Source: Terricaulis sp. (lineage in GTDB: Bacteria; Pseudomonadota; Alphaproteobacteria; Caulobacterales; Aquidulcibacteraceae). From it: a stretch of DNA of 64,000 nt. The first letter of the stretch is position 1. Each line of letters starts with the position of its first letter. The stretch lies in NCBI GenBank assembly GCA_044224285.1, contig JBGAKS010000020.1, forward strand, positions 1,474 through 65,473, read 5' to 3'. The notes beneath the pieces are model-generated. The model did no database searches. It was not told the DNA's origin and saw only the letters and a program-made list of their open reading frames with translations. Shown here one piece after another: positions 56,320-64,000 of this stretch. Made by a program: the position numbers and the translations under genes.

Positions 56320-56781
56320 ATGCCTATGGATGATGCAGATCGCAGGCTCCTTGCCGCCGTTCAGAAGGATGCTTCGGCATCCCAGGCCGAACTCGCAGAG
56401 CATGCTGGCGTTTCAGCGAGTCAGGTCTCAAGGCGGCTGGCGAAGCTGAAGGAAGAGGGCGTCCTGCGGGGGATTGTCGGCGTGCTCGAGCCGAAGCTTG
56501 CGGGCCTCACGTGCTCAGCCATCATCCGCGTGCGCCTGCGCGATCACGCGGCCGCCAACGTCCGTGCGTTTCGCGATCTGGTCGAACGCATGAACGAAGT
56601 GACGCTCTGCGTGATGACGACGGGCGAGACCGACTACCTCATCAAGGTCGTCGCGCGCGATCTCCCGCACTTCCAGGAGATCGTGCAATCGAAGCTGCTC
56701 CGCTGTGCGGCCATCGCGCATATGGAAAGTTCGATCATCCTTGAGCATCTCAAGGACACGACAGAGCTGCCGCTGGATTGA
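56320..56781 (+). CDS. Lrp/AsnC-family transcriptional regulator (BkdR-like position)
   Basis: HTH LDDADRRLLAAVQKDASASQAELAEHAGVSASQVSRRLAKLKEEGVL plus a RAM domain. Divergent from the E1/E2 operon. Confidence 0.9.
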   Translation: MPMDDADRRLLAAVQKDASASQAELAEHAGVSASQVSRRLAKLKEEGVLRGIVGVLEPKLAGLTCSAIIRVRLRDHAAANVRAFRDLVERMNEVTLCVMTTGETDYLIKVVARDLPHFQEIVQSKLLRCAAIAHMESSIILEHLKDTTELPLD

Positions 56782-56783
56782 AT

Positions 56784-59144
56784 CTAAGCTTGTTTCGGCT
56801 GTTGCGGCGCTGGCGCCAGGTGCGGCGTCGCGCCGAGAGCCGTCTGCTTATAGAATTGCAGACGGCGATCGTCGCTCAAGAGGGCGATCAGCTCTTCCAA
56901 AGACGCGGGCCGAGAGATCAAGAATCCCTGCGCTAGATCGCAATTCATGCTCGCAAGCAGCGCAAATGCAGCCGGCGTCTCCACGCCTTCGGCTGTCACA
57001 TTCATTCCGAGGCCGTGCGCCAGATCGATCGTCGAGCGCACCAGCAGCGCATCGCGTTGGCTCGACGTGATGTTCTGTACGAACAGCTTGTCGATCTTCA
57101 ACTCGTGGGCCGGCAATTGCTTCAAATACGCCAACGACGAAAGACCGGAGCCGTAATCGTCGATCGCTAGATGCACGCCGCTGGCGGCAAACAGCTCGAT
57201 ATTTTCGAGCGCCGCAACCGGATTGTCGATCACCGCCGTTTCCGTGATCTCAAAGCAGATCTGGTGCGCCGCTTGCCGCGCGAGGGCGGCCGCGCGCTTG
57301 GCGAAGTCCGTATCGCTTAGCAGCCGCGCCGAAATATTGACGGCGAGCTTGATTGCATGGCCGGCGTCCTTCAGCGCCTTTTGATCGATGATCGCGCGTT
57401 CCAGCACCCATTCAGTCAGCGCGCGAATGTGGCCGGTCTCTTCGGCCATCGGCACGAAAATGTCCGGCGCGATGTTGCCGCGCGTCGGGTGACGCCAACG
57501 CACCAGGCTCTCGGCGCTGTCGATGCAGCCGGTGCGAAAATTGTATTTGGGTTGGTGCGCCAGGTAGATGGCGCCGTTTTCCAGCGCGCGCCGCATCTCG
57601 CCCATGAGGGAGAGATTGCGCGCCGGATCGCCGTACGCCGCTTCGTCGTACATGCCGGCTTTTTGTCCGCGTCGGCGAGTTTGATCCAGGGCGATTGAGG
57701 CGCGCTCGATCATCGCCGACGTCGTCTCTTCCTTGCCGCCCGGTTGCGCGATGCCTATGGTGACGTGCACATCGACGATTTGCTCGCCGAGCGACACCGA
57801 TTGTTCGAGGTTGGCGATCAGCGCGTCTGCGCGCTTCAGGGCGTCAGCCTCACTGGTGGCGATGAATGCTACACCCAACACATCGCTCGAAAGCCGCGCC
57901 ATCGGCGCGTTCGGCGCAAGATGCGCGAGGCGGCCGCCGAGCTGACGGACGAGTTCTCCCGCCAGCGTATAGCCGATGGCGCCGCGCACATGCGCAAAGC
58001 GGTCGACGCCGATCGCCGCAAGATACAGCCGCTCCGCGCGCGTCGCGGCGTTCAGCTTACGCTCCAACGCGACGCGGTTTGGCAAACGCGTCTCGCCATC
58101 GTGAAAGGCAAGCTGCGTGATCCGCCGCTCGCGTTCGCGGATCGCCGCCGTCATGGCGTTGAAGCTCTCCGCCAGCCGCGAAAGCTCGTCCTTTGTGCCG
58201 ACGACGACAGTTTCATAGACGCCTTCGCGCAACTTCCGTGCGGCTGCTTCAAGCGTCGACAAAGGTTGCGTGATTCCGCGCGCCAGGAACCAGGTGCCGG
58301 CGATCAGCAATACGATGCCGACCAAGCCAATGACGATCAGCGTGCTGAACAGCGGGTCGTACAAGGAGAGACCGCTCTTCAGTGAGTGCCGCAACAAGAG
58401 CACGGCTTCTGTTCCGTCCAGAGACGGCAGGGCCGTCACGAGGGCGATCGCTTTGCCGTCCTCAGTCTCTATTTGGCGCGCGCCGGCGCGTTGGGCGCGC
58501 AGCGATTCATCGATGAACCCGCCGAACGACGCTTGCGCTGGGCTGTCAGGATCGCCCCATCCCTGGGCGTCTTGAACCAAGACCGCAGCTTGCACTGGAA
58601 TCGGCGAAAGCGCGCGCAGATCGTCCATCTGCTGGGGCCCCAGACGCGCGCCGGCGACGATCCAGCCGTGCCCGCCTGCAAGCGCGGCAGCGGCGCCTTG
58701 ATAGGTTTCGCCGTTTTGTCGGAGCACGCCAGGCGGTGGCTGATTGTGCGCCAGCGCAAGCTGCAGGCCGGGCGAGACTGATGAACTCGCGCCGGTTTCG
58801 GAGATCACCAAGCCTTCGCGTGTCACCACGAAGGCGATGTCGGCACGCGAGCGCGCGCGCAGGTCGGCGAGATATGCGCGGATGACCGCGTCATCGCGCG
58901 CCGCTACCGCGTCTGCAAGCCGAGGCGTTTGGGCTGTTCGTGTGGCGGCGTCTTGAAGATGGTCGAGCCGAATGTCCCACGCGTGGGCAAACACTTGCGT
59001 CGTGTTGGAGAGCTGTTGCTCAGCGAGCCTTTGTGTGTTTCCAGCGATGACGAAATACGCGACCGCGCCGATAAGCAGCAACGCGAGGCTGAACAGCCCG
59101 GCGTACATGAATGTCAGCTTCACTCGCAGTCGGCGAAACATCAC
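56784..59144 (-). CDS. membrane sensor with HAMP, degenerate GGDEF and EAL domains (c-di-GMP phosphodiesterase type)
   Basis: Two TM helices flanking a periplasmic domain, then HAMP. The GGDEF position reads GVDRF. The EAL domain has ESLVRWRHP, AVNIS, EITE, IDDYGSG and ELKIDK. Confidence 0.85.
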   Translation of the reverse strand: MMFRRLRVKLTFMYAGLFSLALLLIGAVAYFVIAGNTQRLAEQQLSNTTQVFAHAWDIRLDHLQDAATRTAQTPRLADAVAARDDAVIRAYLADLRARSRADIAFVVTREGLVISETGASSSVSPGLQLALAHNQPPPGVLRQNGETYQGAAAALAGGHGWIVAGARLGPQQMDDLRALSPIPVQAAVLVQDAQGWGDPDSPAQASFGGFIDESLRAQRAGARQIETEDGKAIALVTALPSLDGTEAVLLLRHSLKSGLSLYDPLFSTLIVIGLVGIVLLIAGTWFLARGITQPLSTLEAAARKLREGVYETVVVGTKDELSRLAESFNAMTAAIRERERRITQLAFHDGETRLPNRVALERKLNAATRAERLYLAAIGVDRFAHVRGAIGYTLAGELVRQLGGRLAHLAPNAPMARLSSDVLGVAFIATSEADALKRADALIANLEQSVSLGEQIVDVHVTIGIAQPGGKEETTSAMIERASIALDQTRRRGQKAGMYDEAAYGDPARNLSLMGEMRRALENGAIYLAHQPKYNFRTGCIDSAESLVRWRHPTRGNIAPDIFVPMAEETGHIRALTEWVLERAIIDQKALKDAGHAIKLAVNISARLLSDTDFAKRAAALARQAAHQICFEITETAVIDNPVAALENIELFAASGVHLAIDDYGSGLSSLAYLKQLPAHELKIDKLFVQNITSSQRDALLVRSTIDLAHGLGMNVTAEGVETPAAFALLASMNCDLAQGFLISRPASLEELIALLSDDRRLQFYKQTALGATPHLAPAPQQPKQA

Positions 59145-59204
59145 TCGGACCGCCCCCGCGTTCTCATGCGCTAGGTTTAGTAGTCCCAGTTATTAAAGCC
59201 AGCC

Positions 59205-59693
59205 TTAACCGCTGTGGCCGTGAGAAGGCGCGCCGCGCCGGCGCACGGGCAGATTGACGTCAACGGCGCCGGCGGTTTCGAAGACCAGACGCACCGGAAC
59301 GGTCTGTCCTTCCGCGAAGGGTTCCGACACACCGAAGAACATCAGATGCATGCCGCCAGGCCCCAGTTGCACATCGCGCCCGGCGGGCACTTCTACACGG
59401 GCAACCGCGCGCATCTGCATCACGGCGCCGTTCATCGTCATTTCGTGGATTTCCACCCGCTGCGCGCGCGTGCTCGTTGCGCTCAGCAAACGATCCGCGC
59501 GGCCCGTGTGATTGCTTATCGTGAGATATCCCGCCGCAACATCGACGCCCGCGGGGGTGGGCGCCGCCCACGCGTCATGCACGGCGAGTGCGGCTTGGGA
59601 ATGCATTTCCTGCGCGGCCGAAGGTGTCGCGGGCGCCCCGCATGCAGCGGCAATTGCGACGAAGATAAACGACAGCGGCAGCAAGGCTTTCAT
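59205..59693 (-). CDS. periplasmic copper chaperone PCu(A)C (DUF461)
   Basis: Signal/lipobox (AAAC). Cu(I) motif H-x-M...M-x-M...HLM (IHEMTMNGAVMQMR...GGMHLMF). Confidence 0.8.
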   Translation of the reverse strand: MKALLPLSFIFVAIAAACGAPATPSAAQEMHSQAALAVHDAWAAPTPAGVDVAAGYLTISNHTGRADRLLSATSTRAQRVEIHEMTMNGAVMQMRAVARVEVPAGRDVQLGPGGMHLMFFGVSEPFAEGQTVPVRLVFETAGAVDVNLPVRRRGAPSHGHSG

Positions 59694-59794
59694 GCCTTGA
59701 TCCTACGGGGTCCGCGGCGCCGCGTCACCATGCGCCCTCGGCGCGATCGCCTTCGCCCCACGCGGCATTCGCGCGCGGGACGAATGGCGTGGCG

Positions 59795-59959
59795 TTACGG
59801 CGTATTCGGATTGCCGTCGTTGGTTTCTTCGGCGGCTTGCTCAACCGCTTGGCCGGCGGCTTGCACGTCTTCGCCCACGCCTTCTACCGTGTTGCAGGCC
59901 GACACAACCGAAGCGCCGAGCAGCGCGAGAGCAATCAAGGGCGACGTAAACTTACGCAT
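59795..59959 (-). CDS. entericidin A/B-family small lipoprotein (54 aa)
   Basis: Own translation: MRKFTSPLIALALLGASVVSACNTVEGVGEDVQAAGQAVEQAAEETNDGNPNTP. Lipobox plus the entericidin pattern CNT-x-x-G-x-G-x-D. Too short for the ORF track. Confidence 0.75.
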   Translation of the reverse strand: MRKFTSPLIALALLGASVVSACNTVEGVGEDVQAAGQAVEQAAEETNDGNPNTP

Positions 59960-60013
59960 GAAACAACTCCATCTGAGTAGCGCCGCGCCGCCTCTAGCGG
60001 CGCGCGACGGTAA

Positions 60014-60038
60014 AACGCCGCGCTCCCGCCGCTGTTCC
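60014..60038 (-). promoter_or_regulatory. EcfG-type (general stress response) promoter GGAAC-N16-CGTT
   Basis: Minus strand: GGAAC (60038-60034), 16 nt, CGTT (60017-60014). About 55 nt upstream of the entericidin-like ATG. Confidence 0.65.
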
Positions 60039-60049
60039 CGCGATGGCGA

Positions 60050-60838
60050 TTAGTTGAGGTTGCCTGTGCTTTCGAAAAACAACGCTTGGCTGACGGCCGC
60101 GCGCACCATGTCCGGCGAATACGGCTTGGTGATCAAGAACGTCGGTTCCGGGCGTTCGCCGGTCAGCAAGCGCGCAGGAAATGCGGTGATGAAGATCACC
60201 GGCACGCTAAATGACGCGAGAATTTCCTTCACTGCATCGATGCCGGACGAATTGTCGGCAAGCTGAATGTCGGCGAGCACGAGATCGGGGCGCTCGCGCT
60301 TTGCGGCGGCGACAGCGCCGGAGGCTGTTGTTTCCATGGCGCAGACATCGTGGCCGGCGGCGGTGATGAGGTCGCTCAAATCCATGGCAATCACGGCTTC
60401 ATCTTCGATGATGAGAACGCGCGCTTTGGTTTGCTTGTCGAGTTCTTCGATGGCTTCATCGAGCAGCGCGTTCACTTCATCGCCGTTGCGGCCGAGAATC
60501 TCGCTGGTCTCTTGCGGCGTGAAGTTCTCGAGCGTGGTGAGCAGCAGCACCTGGCGCGTGAGGGGCGCGAGCTGTTTCAGGCGCTCTTGCGCCTTGCGCG
60601 CCGAGGGATTGTCCTCCTCGCCGCCGATTTCGATATTGGCGCTCTCCCAGATGCGGTGGAAGACCTTGTAGAGCCCGGCCCGCGGCTCAAGGTCGGTCGG
60701 GAATTCATCTGGATTGGCCACGATGGCCTCAAGGCTGGCGGCCACAAAGGCGTCACCGCTGGCCTGGGCGCCTGTCAGCGCCCGCGCATACCGGCGCAGC
60801 AGGGGCAGGTGAGGCGCGATTTCCCGGGCAAGCGACAT
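60050..60838 (-). CDS. phyR: anti-anti-sigma response regulator PhyR
   Basis: From ATG 60838: MSLAREIAPHLPLLRRYARALTG. This is the sigma-like N-terminal domain plus a C-terminal receiver (VLIIEDE...LADIQLAD...KPY). Confidence 0.9.
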   Translation of the reverse strand: MSLAREIAPHLPLLRRYARALTGAQASGDAFVAASLEAIVANPDEFPTDLEPRAGLYKVFHRIWESANIEIGGEEDNPSARKAQERLKQLAPLTRQVLLLTTLENFTPQETSEILGRNGDEVNALLDEAIEELDKQTKARVLIIEDEAVIAMDLSDLITAAGHDVCAMETTASGAVAAAKRERPDLVLADIQLADNSSGIDAVKEILASFSVPVIFITAFPARLLTGERPEPTFLITKPYSPDMVRAAVSQALFFESTGNLN

Positions 60839-60921
60839 ATATAACCCCTTGTTTGTAACAGACTTTTGTTGTTCCGCAGCCACGCTTTGCATGTCATTTT
60901 CCCATGCGGCGAGACCAAGGA

Positions 60922-60946
60922 AACGCTGACGTCTGAAAAAAGTTCC
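60922..60946 (-). promoter_or_regulatory. EcfG-type promoter for phyR, GGAAC-N16-CGTT
   Basis: Minus strand: GGAAC (60946-60942), 16 nt, CGTT (60925-60922). 84 nt upstream of the phyR ATG. Confidence 0.7.
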
Positions 60947-60954
60947 GGCGGCGC

Positions 60955-60980
60955 GGAACAGGTCTGCCGCCAGGGACGTT
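60955..60980 (+). promoter_or_regulatory. EcfG-type promoter for nepR-ecfG, GGAAC-N17-CGTT
   Basis: Plus strand: GGAAC 60955-60959, 17 nt, CGTT 60977-60980. Back-to-back with the phyR promoter. Confidence 0.7.
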
Positions 60981-61038
60981 GAAGGCCACTGAGAGATCCG
61001 CTGTGGGATTGCTCTCGGCCGTTTGCGGGGCAGGCGCA

Positions 61039-61248
61039 ATGGAAGACGGGAAAGACGACGACGATATGGACGCCGTGTTGAACAAAGACCCAGACGACGC
61101 CAGCAGACGCAAGACCAAGGCGTCGGCGAACAAGAGCCTGATTACGCGCAATCTTCGCCTCGCGTACGGCGAAACGCTGAGCGAGCCGGTGCCCGATCAT
61201 TTGCTGGAGCTTCTCGGCAAGATCGATCGGAAGGAAGGTGAGCGGTGA
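61039..61248 (+). CDS. nepR: anti-sigma factor NepR
   Basis: Small protein with the NepR core ITRNLRLAYGETLSEPVPDHLLELL. The start is placed at the first ATG downstream of the predicted promoter; ATG 61066 is also possible. Confidence 0.8.
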   Translation: MEDGKDDDDMDAVLNKDPDDASRRKTKASANKSLITRNLRLAYGETLSEPVPDHLLELLGKIDRKEGER

Positions 61249-61790
61249 GCAATCTCGCAGCTTTCAAGGCCGATCTGATCGAGCTGTTGCCCAGTCTGCG
61301 CGCGTTTGCGCGTTCGTTGGCGCACAATCCCGCTCTGGCCGACGATCTGGTGCAGGACACTCTGGTCAAGGCGTTGGCTAACGTCGAGCGCTTCGAGCCA
61401 GGAACGAACCTGCGCGCGTGGCTCTTCACGATCTTGCGCAACCACTATTATTCGCAACTCCGCAAGTCCAAGCGCGAAGTCGAGGACGCGGATGGCAAGT
61501 TCGCCGCGCGCATGTATTCGCGTCCCGAGCAGGATGGGTCCATCGATCTGGAGGACTTCAAGATCGCGTTCCAGCAGCTCGCTCCGGACCATCGTGAAGT
61601 GCTGACTCTCGTCGGCGCCTCGGGATGCTCTTATGAAGAGGCCGCGCAAATTTGCGGTTGTGCCGTGGGGACCATCAAAAGCCGTGTGAACCGCGCCCGC
61701 CGCAAGTTGGCCGATCTACTGGGGTTGGACGAGGAAGACGCCACAATCCCTAGCGAAGCCCGTAGGATTGAGGATACAGCCAGCGTGTGA
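61245..61790 (+). CDS. ecfG: ECF sigma factor EcfG (general stress response)
   Basis: Sigma-70 region 2 (DDLVQDTLVKAL...RAWLFTILRNHYY) and region 4 (LAPDHREVLTLVGASGCSYEEAAQICGCAVGTIKSRVNRARRKL). GTGA overlap with nepR. Confidence 0.9.
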   Translation: MSNLAAFKADLIELLPSLRAFARSLAHNPALADDLVQDTLVKALANVERFEPGTNLRAWLFTILRNHYYSQLRKSKREVEDADGKFAARMYSRPEQDGSIDLEDFKIAFQQLAPDHREVLTLVGASGCSYEEAAQICGCAVGTIKSRVNRARRKLADLLGLDEEDATIPSEARRIEDTASV

Positions 61791-63505
61791 AAACGCGCGA
61801 GGATCGCCCATCCAGATTTTGGCCGGAAGGCTTGTCGCTGCGCTCAATGCGCGGCCGGATAGCCTTGCTGCTTGGGTTGGCTATGCTTCCTGCGGGCGCA
61901 ATCGCAATGCAGGTCGGCTTCAACGCCGCGGCCGCGCGCCAATCGGCTTATGAAGAAGGGCTGAGCCGCCGCGCGCTCGAGTCGATCGCCACCGAACGGC
62001 GCACGATCGACGAACTGCGCGAGATGCTGCGCGTGCTGGCGACCACGCCGGCGCTGCAGCAGATCGCCGCCGGCGATTGCCGTGACTGGCTGAGCGAAAT
62101 CAGCACGCGTTATCCGTACATCGCTTCGATTTCGATAAGCAACGACGACGGCGTTTTGCTTTGCAGCGTGCCGGCGGCGCAAAACAATATGCGCTTGCCT
62201 GATTCAGATGTGCGGCGGCGTGCGCGCGCCCGCGATGCTTTCACCATGGGCTACACTGAACACGGCGTACTCTCCGGCGTGCCGGTTCTGGGCGCCCTTG
62301 AGCCGGTTCGCAATGGCGACCGGCGCATCGGCTTTGTCGGCGCCTCGATCCCGACCACCGAACTTGCCGCGCTGTTGGAGCGCAGCCGCGTTTCCAACAG
62401 CGCACTCCGCAATGCCCGCGCCGCCATTGTCGATGGACGAGGGCGCGTCATCGCCGAGTCGACGCCGGGAGAAGGAGCGCCGCCGCTTCCGGCCGCCGAT
62501 CTCATCGTCCGCCGTTTTGGCGGCGAGCCTGCATTCCTTGAGGTCCCGGGCGGTGACGCTGTTGTCGTGCCGCTGTACGCGCCCGATCTTTATGCAGTGA
62601 TGTCATGGGCGCCCGATCAACCATTGTGGAGTCGTATTGGCGCTGTCGTATTCTCGGTCGCGGCGCCGCTTTTGATCTGGCTTCTCGCGATTGGCGCCGG
62701 TTGGTTTGCGGTCGAAGTGTTTGTCGCGCGGCCGCTGTCGAGCCTTGAGGCCGCGGCGCGCGGGTTCGCCCGCGGCGAAGATGTTAGCGATCCGCCGGCG
62801 CTTCTGAGCGCGCCTGCCGAAATTCGATCGTTACGGCGCACCTTGGCGGCGATGGCAAAGACGCTTCGGGGCCGCGAACAGCGTCTCGTCGAAGCGCTCG
62901 CCGAGGAACGCGCCTTGCTGCGCGAGGTCCATCACCGGGTGAAGAACAATCTTCAAATGGTGGCTAGCCTCCTGAACATTCAGGCGCGCGCGGCGCGTGA
63001 CGAAAGCGAGGCGTGGGGCCTCGCCCGCGCGCATGATCGCGTCCAGCTCCTCGCCGTCGCGCACCAGCGTATTTATTCGTCCGGAGAGTTGCGCCTCGTC
63101 CGCATTGACGATCTCGCCGCCGAGGTCGCGCGGCAGCTGCTGCAATCGCGCGGCGCGGCGGCAAAGGAAATCAATCTGGCGATGGATCTATCTAGCGCCC
63201 GCGCCGGCGTCGATCGCGCGGTGCCGCTGTCGTTCTTGATCGGCGAGGGGATATCGTTTGCGCTCGACGCGCTATCGGATTCAGGGCCGGTCACGCTTAG
63301 CCTGATGCTGCACCAGGACGAGGATGGGACAACACGCTTTGCGATAGATGCGGACATAGATGCAACGCGCGCCCGAACGGTTGGCTCGGGCGCGCGTCTG
63401 ATCGATGCGTTCGCGCGCCAGCTCGGCGCGACCATCGGACGTGATCCTGCCCGTCCCTACATGCTCTGGGCCGTCGTTCCGCCCGAGCCGAAGGATGCAG
63501 CTTAG
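61787..63505 (+). CDS. HWE/HisKA_2-family sensor histidine kinase (PhyK-like)
   Basis: TM helix, periplasmic sensor domain, second TM helix, then the HisKA_2 H-box LLREVHHRVKNNLQMVASLL. An alternative start is ATG 61847. Confidence 0.8.
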   Translation: MKTREDRPSRFWPEGLSLRSMRGRIALLLGLAMLPAGAIAMQVGFNAAAARQSAYEEGLSRRALESIATERRTIDELREMLRVLATTPALQQIAAGDCRDWLSEISTRYPYIASISISNDDGVLLCSVPAAQNNMRLPDSDVRRRARARDAFTMGYTEHGVLSGVPVLGALEPVRNGDRRIGFVGASIPTTELAALLERSRVSNSALRNARAAIVDGRGRVIAESTPGEGAPPLPAADLIVRRFGGEPAFLEVPGGDAVVVPLYAPDLYAVMSWAPDQPLWSRIGAVVFSVAAPLLIWLLAIGAGWFAVEVFVARPLSSLEAAARGFARGEDVSDPPALLSAPAEIRSLRRTLAAMAKTLRGREQRLVEALAEERALLREVHHRVKNNLQMVASLLNIQARAARDESEAWGLARAHDRVQLLAVAHQRIYSSGELRLVRIDDLAAEVARQLLQSRGAAAKEINLAMDLSSARAGVDRAVPLSFLIGEGISFALDALSDSGPVTLSLMLHQDEDGTTRFAIDADIDATRARTVGSGARLIDAFARQLGATIGRDPARPYMLWAVVPPEPKDAA

Positions 63506-63825
63506 CGGCGGGCGAGCAGCATGCCGGCAATCAAGCCCGTGCCGAGCGAAATGCCGATGGCCGCGGCGGGATGCGTGCGCACTTGTTCAACGGCATATTC
63601 GGCGCTGTCGCTGGCGCGTGTGCGTAGGTCCTTGCCGAACGAGCCGACGCGCTTGCCGGCGTGTTTGACTTCGTCGCGCGCGGCCTTGTTGGCGGCGTCC
63701 GCAAGACGGCTGACGTCTTTGCGCAGTTCGACAAAGTCATCGAGCACGTCGTTGGCGCGCGCCTTCAGCGCCGCGCGCGCATGGCCATTCTTCTTGCCGC
63801 GCATATTTGTGTCCAGCTGAGCCAT
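63502..63825 (-). CDS. DUF883 (ElaB/YqjD-like) stress-induced membrane-anchored protein
   Basis: From ATG 63825 (GGAGA upstream): MAQLDTNMRGKK...VEQVRTHPAAAIGISLGTGLIAGMLLARR. The C-terminal TM anchor is typical of the family. Confidence 0.7.
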   Translation of the reverse strand: MAQLDTNMRGKKNGHARAALKARANDVLDDFVELRKDVSRLADAANKAARDEVKHAGKRVGSFGKDLRTRASDSAEYAVEQVRTHPAAAIGISLGTGLIAGMLLARR

Positions 63826-63878
63826 CACAGTCTCCATTAACGCGTTGAAATCGGGCGGCTTCGCCACCGCAGCATGAC

Positions 63879-63903
63879 AACACAAAGTGTACGCTTGAGT
63901 TCC
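63879..63903 (-). promoter_or_regulatory. EcfG-like promoter, GGAAC-N16-TGTT (imperfect -10)
   Basis: Minus strand: GGAAC (63903-63899), 16 nt, TGTT (63882-63879). About 55 nt upstream of the DUF883 ATG. Confidence 0.4.
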
Positions 63904-63913
63904 AGCGCATGCT

Positions 63914-63939
63914 GGAACATCGCAGTGCGGTTCGACGTT
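63914..63939 (+). promoter_or_regulatory. EcfG-type promoter GGAAC-N17-CGTT
   Basis: Plus strand: GGAAC 63914-63918, 17 nt, CGTT 63936-63939. 32 nt upstream of the GTG at 63971. Confidence 0.6.
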
Positions 63940-63970
63940 GCGGCCAAGACTACGAATTGAGACTCACATC

Positions 63971-64000
63971 GTGCTTGGCTGGGCCCTAATTTTCTTTCTG
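63971..64000 (+). CDS. possible DUF1328 (UPF0391) small membrane protein, first 10 codons only
   Basis: GTG CTT GGC TGG GCC CTA ATT TTC TTT CTG = (M)LGWALIFFL, the typical DUF1328 N-terminus. Runs off the right edge. Confidence 0.35.
   Translation, partial: MLGWALIFFL

Noticed and set aside
60871-60875. Third GGAAC (minus strand) close to the phyR start
   Set aside because: No CGTT or GTT lies at 16-17 nt spacing (the sequence reads AAAC). It is only about 30 nt from the ATG. The site at 60922-60946 fits the consensus properly.
1-64000. Search for tRNA, rRNA, CRISPR arrays, integrases/transposases, phage or defence-system genes
   Set aside because: I saw no cloverleaf-like or rRNA-like segments, no regularly spaced direct repeats, and no recombinase, nuclease or ATPase gene sets of the defence type. 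The only repeats are the four palindromic elements and the internal gene duplication.

Overview
High-GC alphaproteobacterial chromosomal segment. The PhyR/NepR/EcfG locus and FixLJ-FixK make the class call. It is densely coding. I saw no rRNA, tRNA, CRISPR array, transposase or integrase.

Gene order, left to right:
- kdpD' and kdpC-B-A-F on the minus strand, preceded by two hydrophobic mini-ORFs and a TorF-type porin.
- A TlpA-like thiol-disulfide oxidoreductase, a TonB-dependent receptor and a LysR regulator.
- A roughly 20 kb low-oxygen island carrying nine FixK/FNR-type boxes. It holds a U32-like Cys-cluster protein with a membrane partner, a HemJ-like protein, OmpW, a small Cys membrane protein, ccoNOQP-ccoGHIS, an orphan 132-aa protein, a di-iron (ExxH)x2 protein, an SDR/membrane/lipoprotein/VIT1 set, a tandem USP, fixK, fixLJ and a fixT-like receiver.
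- An internally duplicated membrane protein, then a coupled pair of ALO-type FAD oxidase and DSD1-type PLP enzyme.
- TetR-MFP-RND with a divergent NodT outer-membrane factor, a 936-aa M16 peptidase, a second TetR and a methyltransferase.
- The phenylacetate cluster paaI-A-B-C-D-E with divergent paaG-paaZ.
- tyrB, E2 (reading frame broken) and a fused E1 alpha/beta, with a divergent Lrp regulator.
- A GGDEF-EAL sensor, PCuAC and an entericidin-like lipoprotein.
- The general stress response locus phyR / nepR-ecfG-phyK with DUF883 and DUF1328 genes, all behind GGAAC-N16/17-CGTT promoters.

Items most worth a second look:
- A family of roughly 60-70 nt GC-rich palindromic repeats (4 copies). One supplies stop codons to convergent genes, two sit inside the paa operon, and a half-copy encodes the E2 linker exactly where the E2 frame breaks.
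- The FixK-box island, including an uncharacterised U32-like protein and a di-iron protein.
- The stacked mini-ORFs in front of kdpF.
- A possible aminotransferase plus 2-oxoacid dehydrogenase feed into the Paa pathway.

I found no clearly novel multi-gene system such as a defence system. All functional calls come from reading motifs by eye, not from searches.
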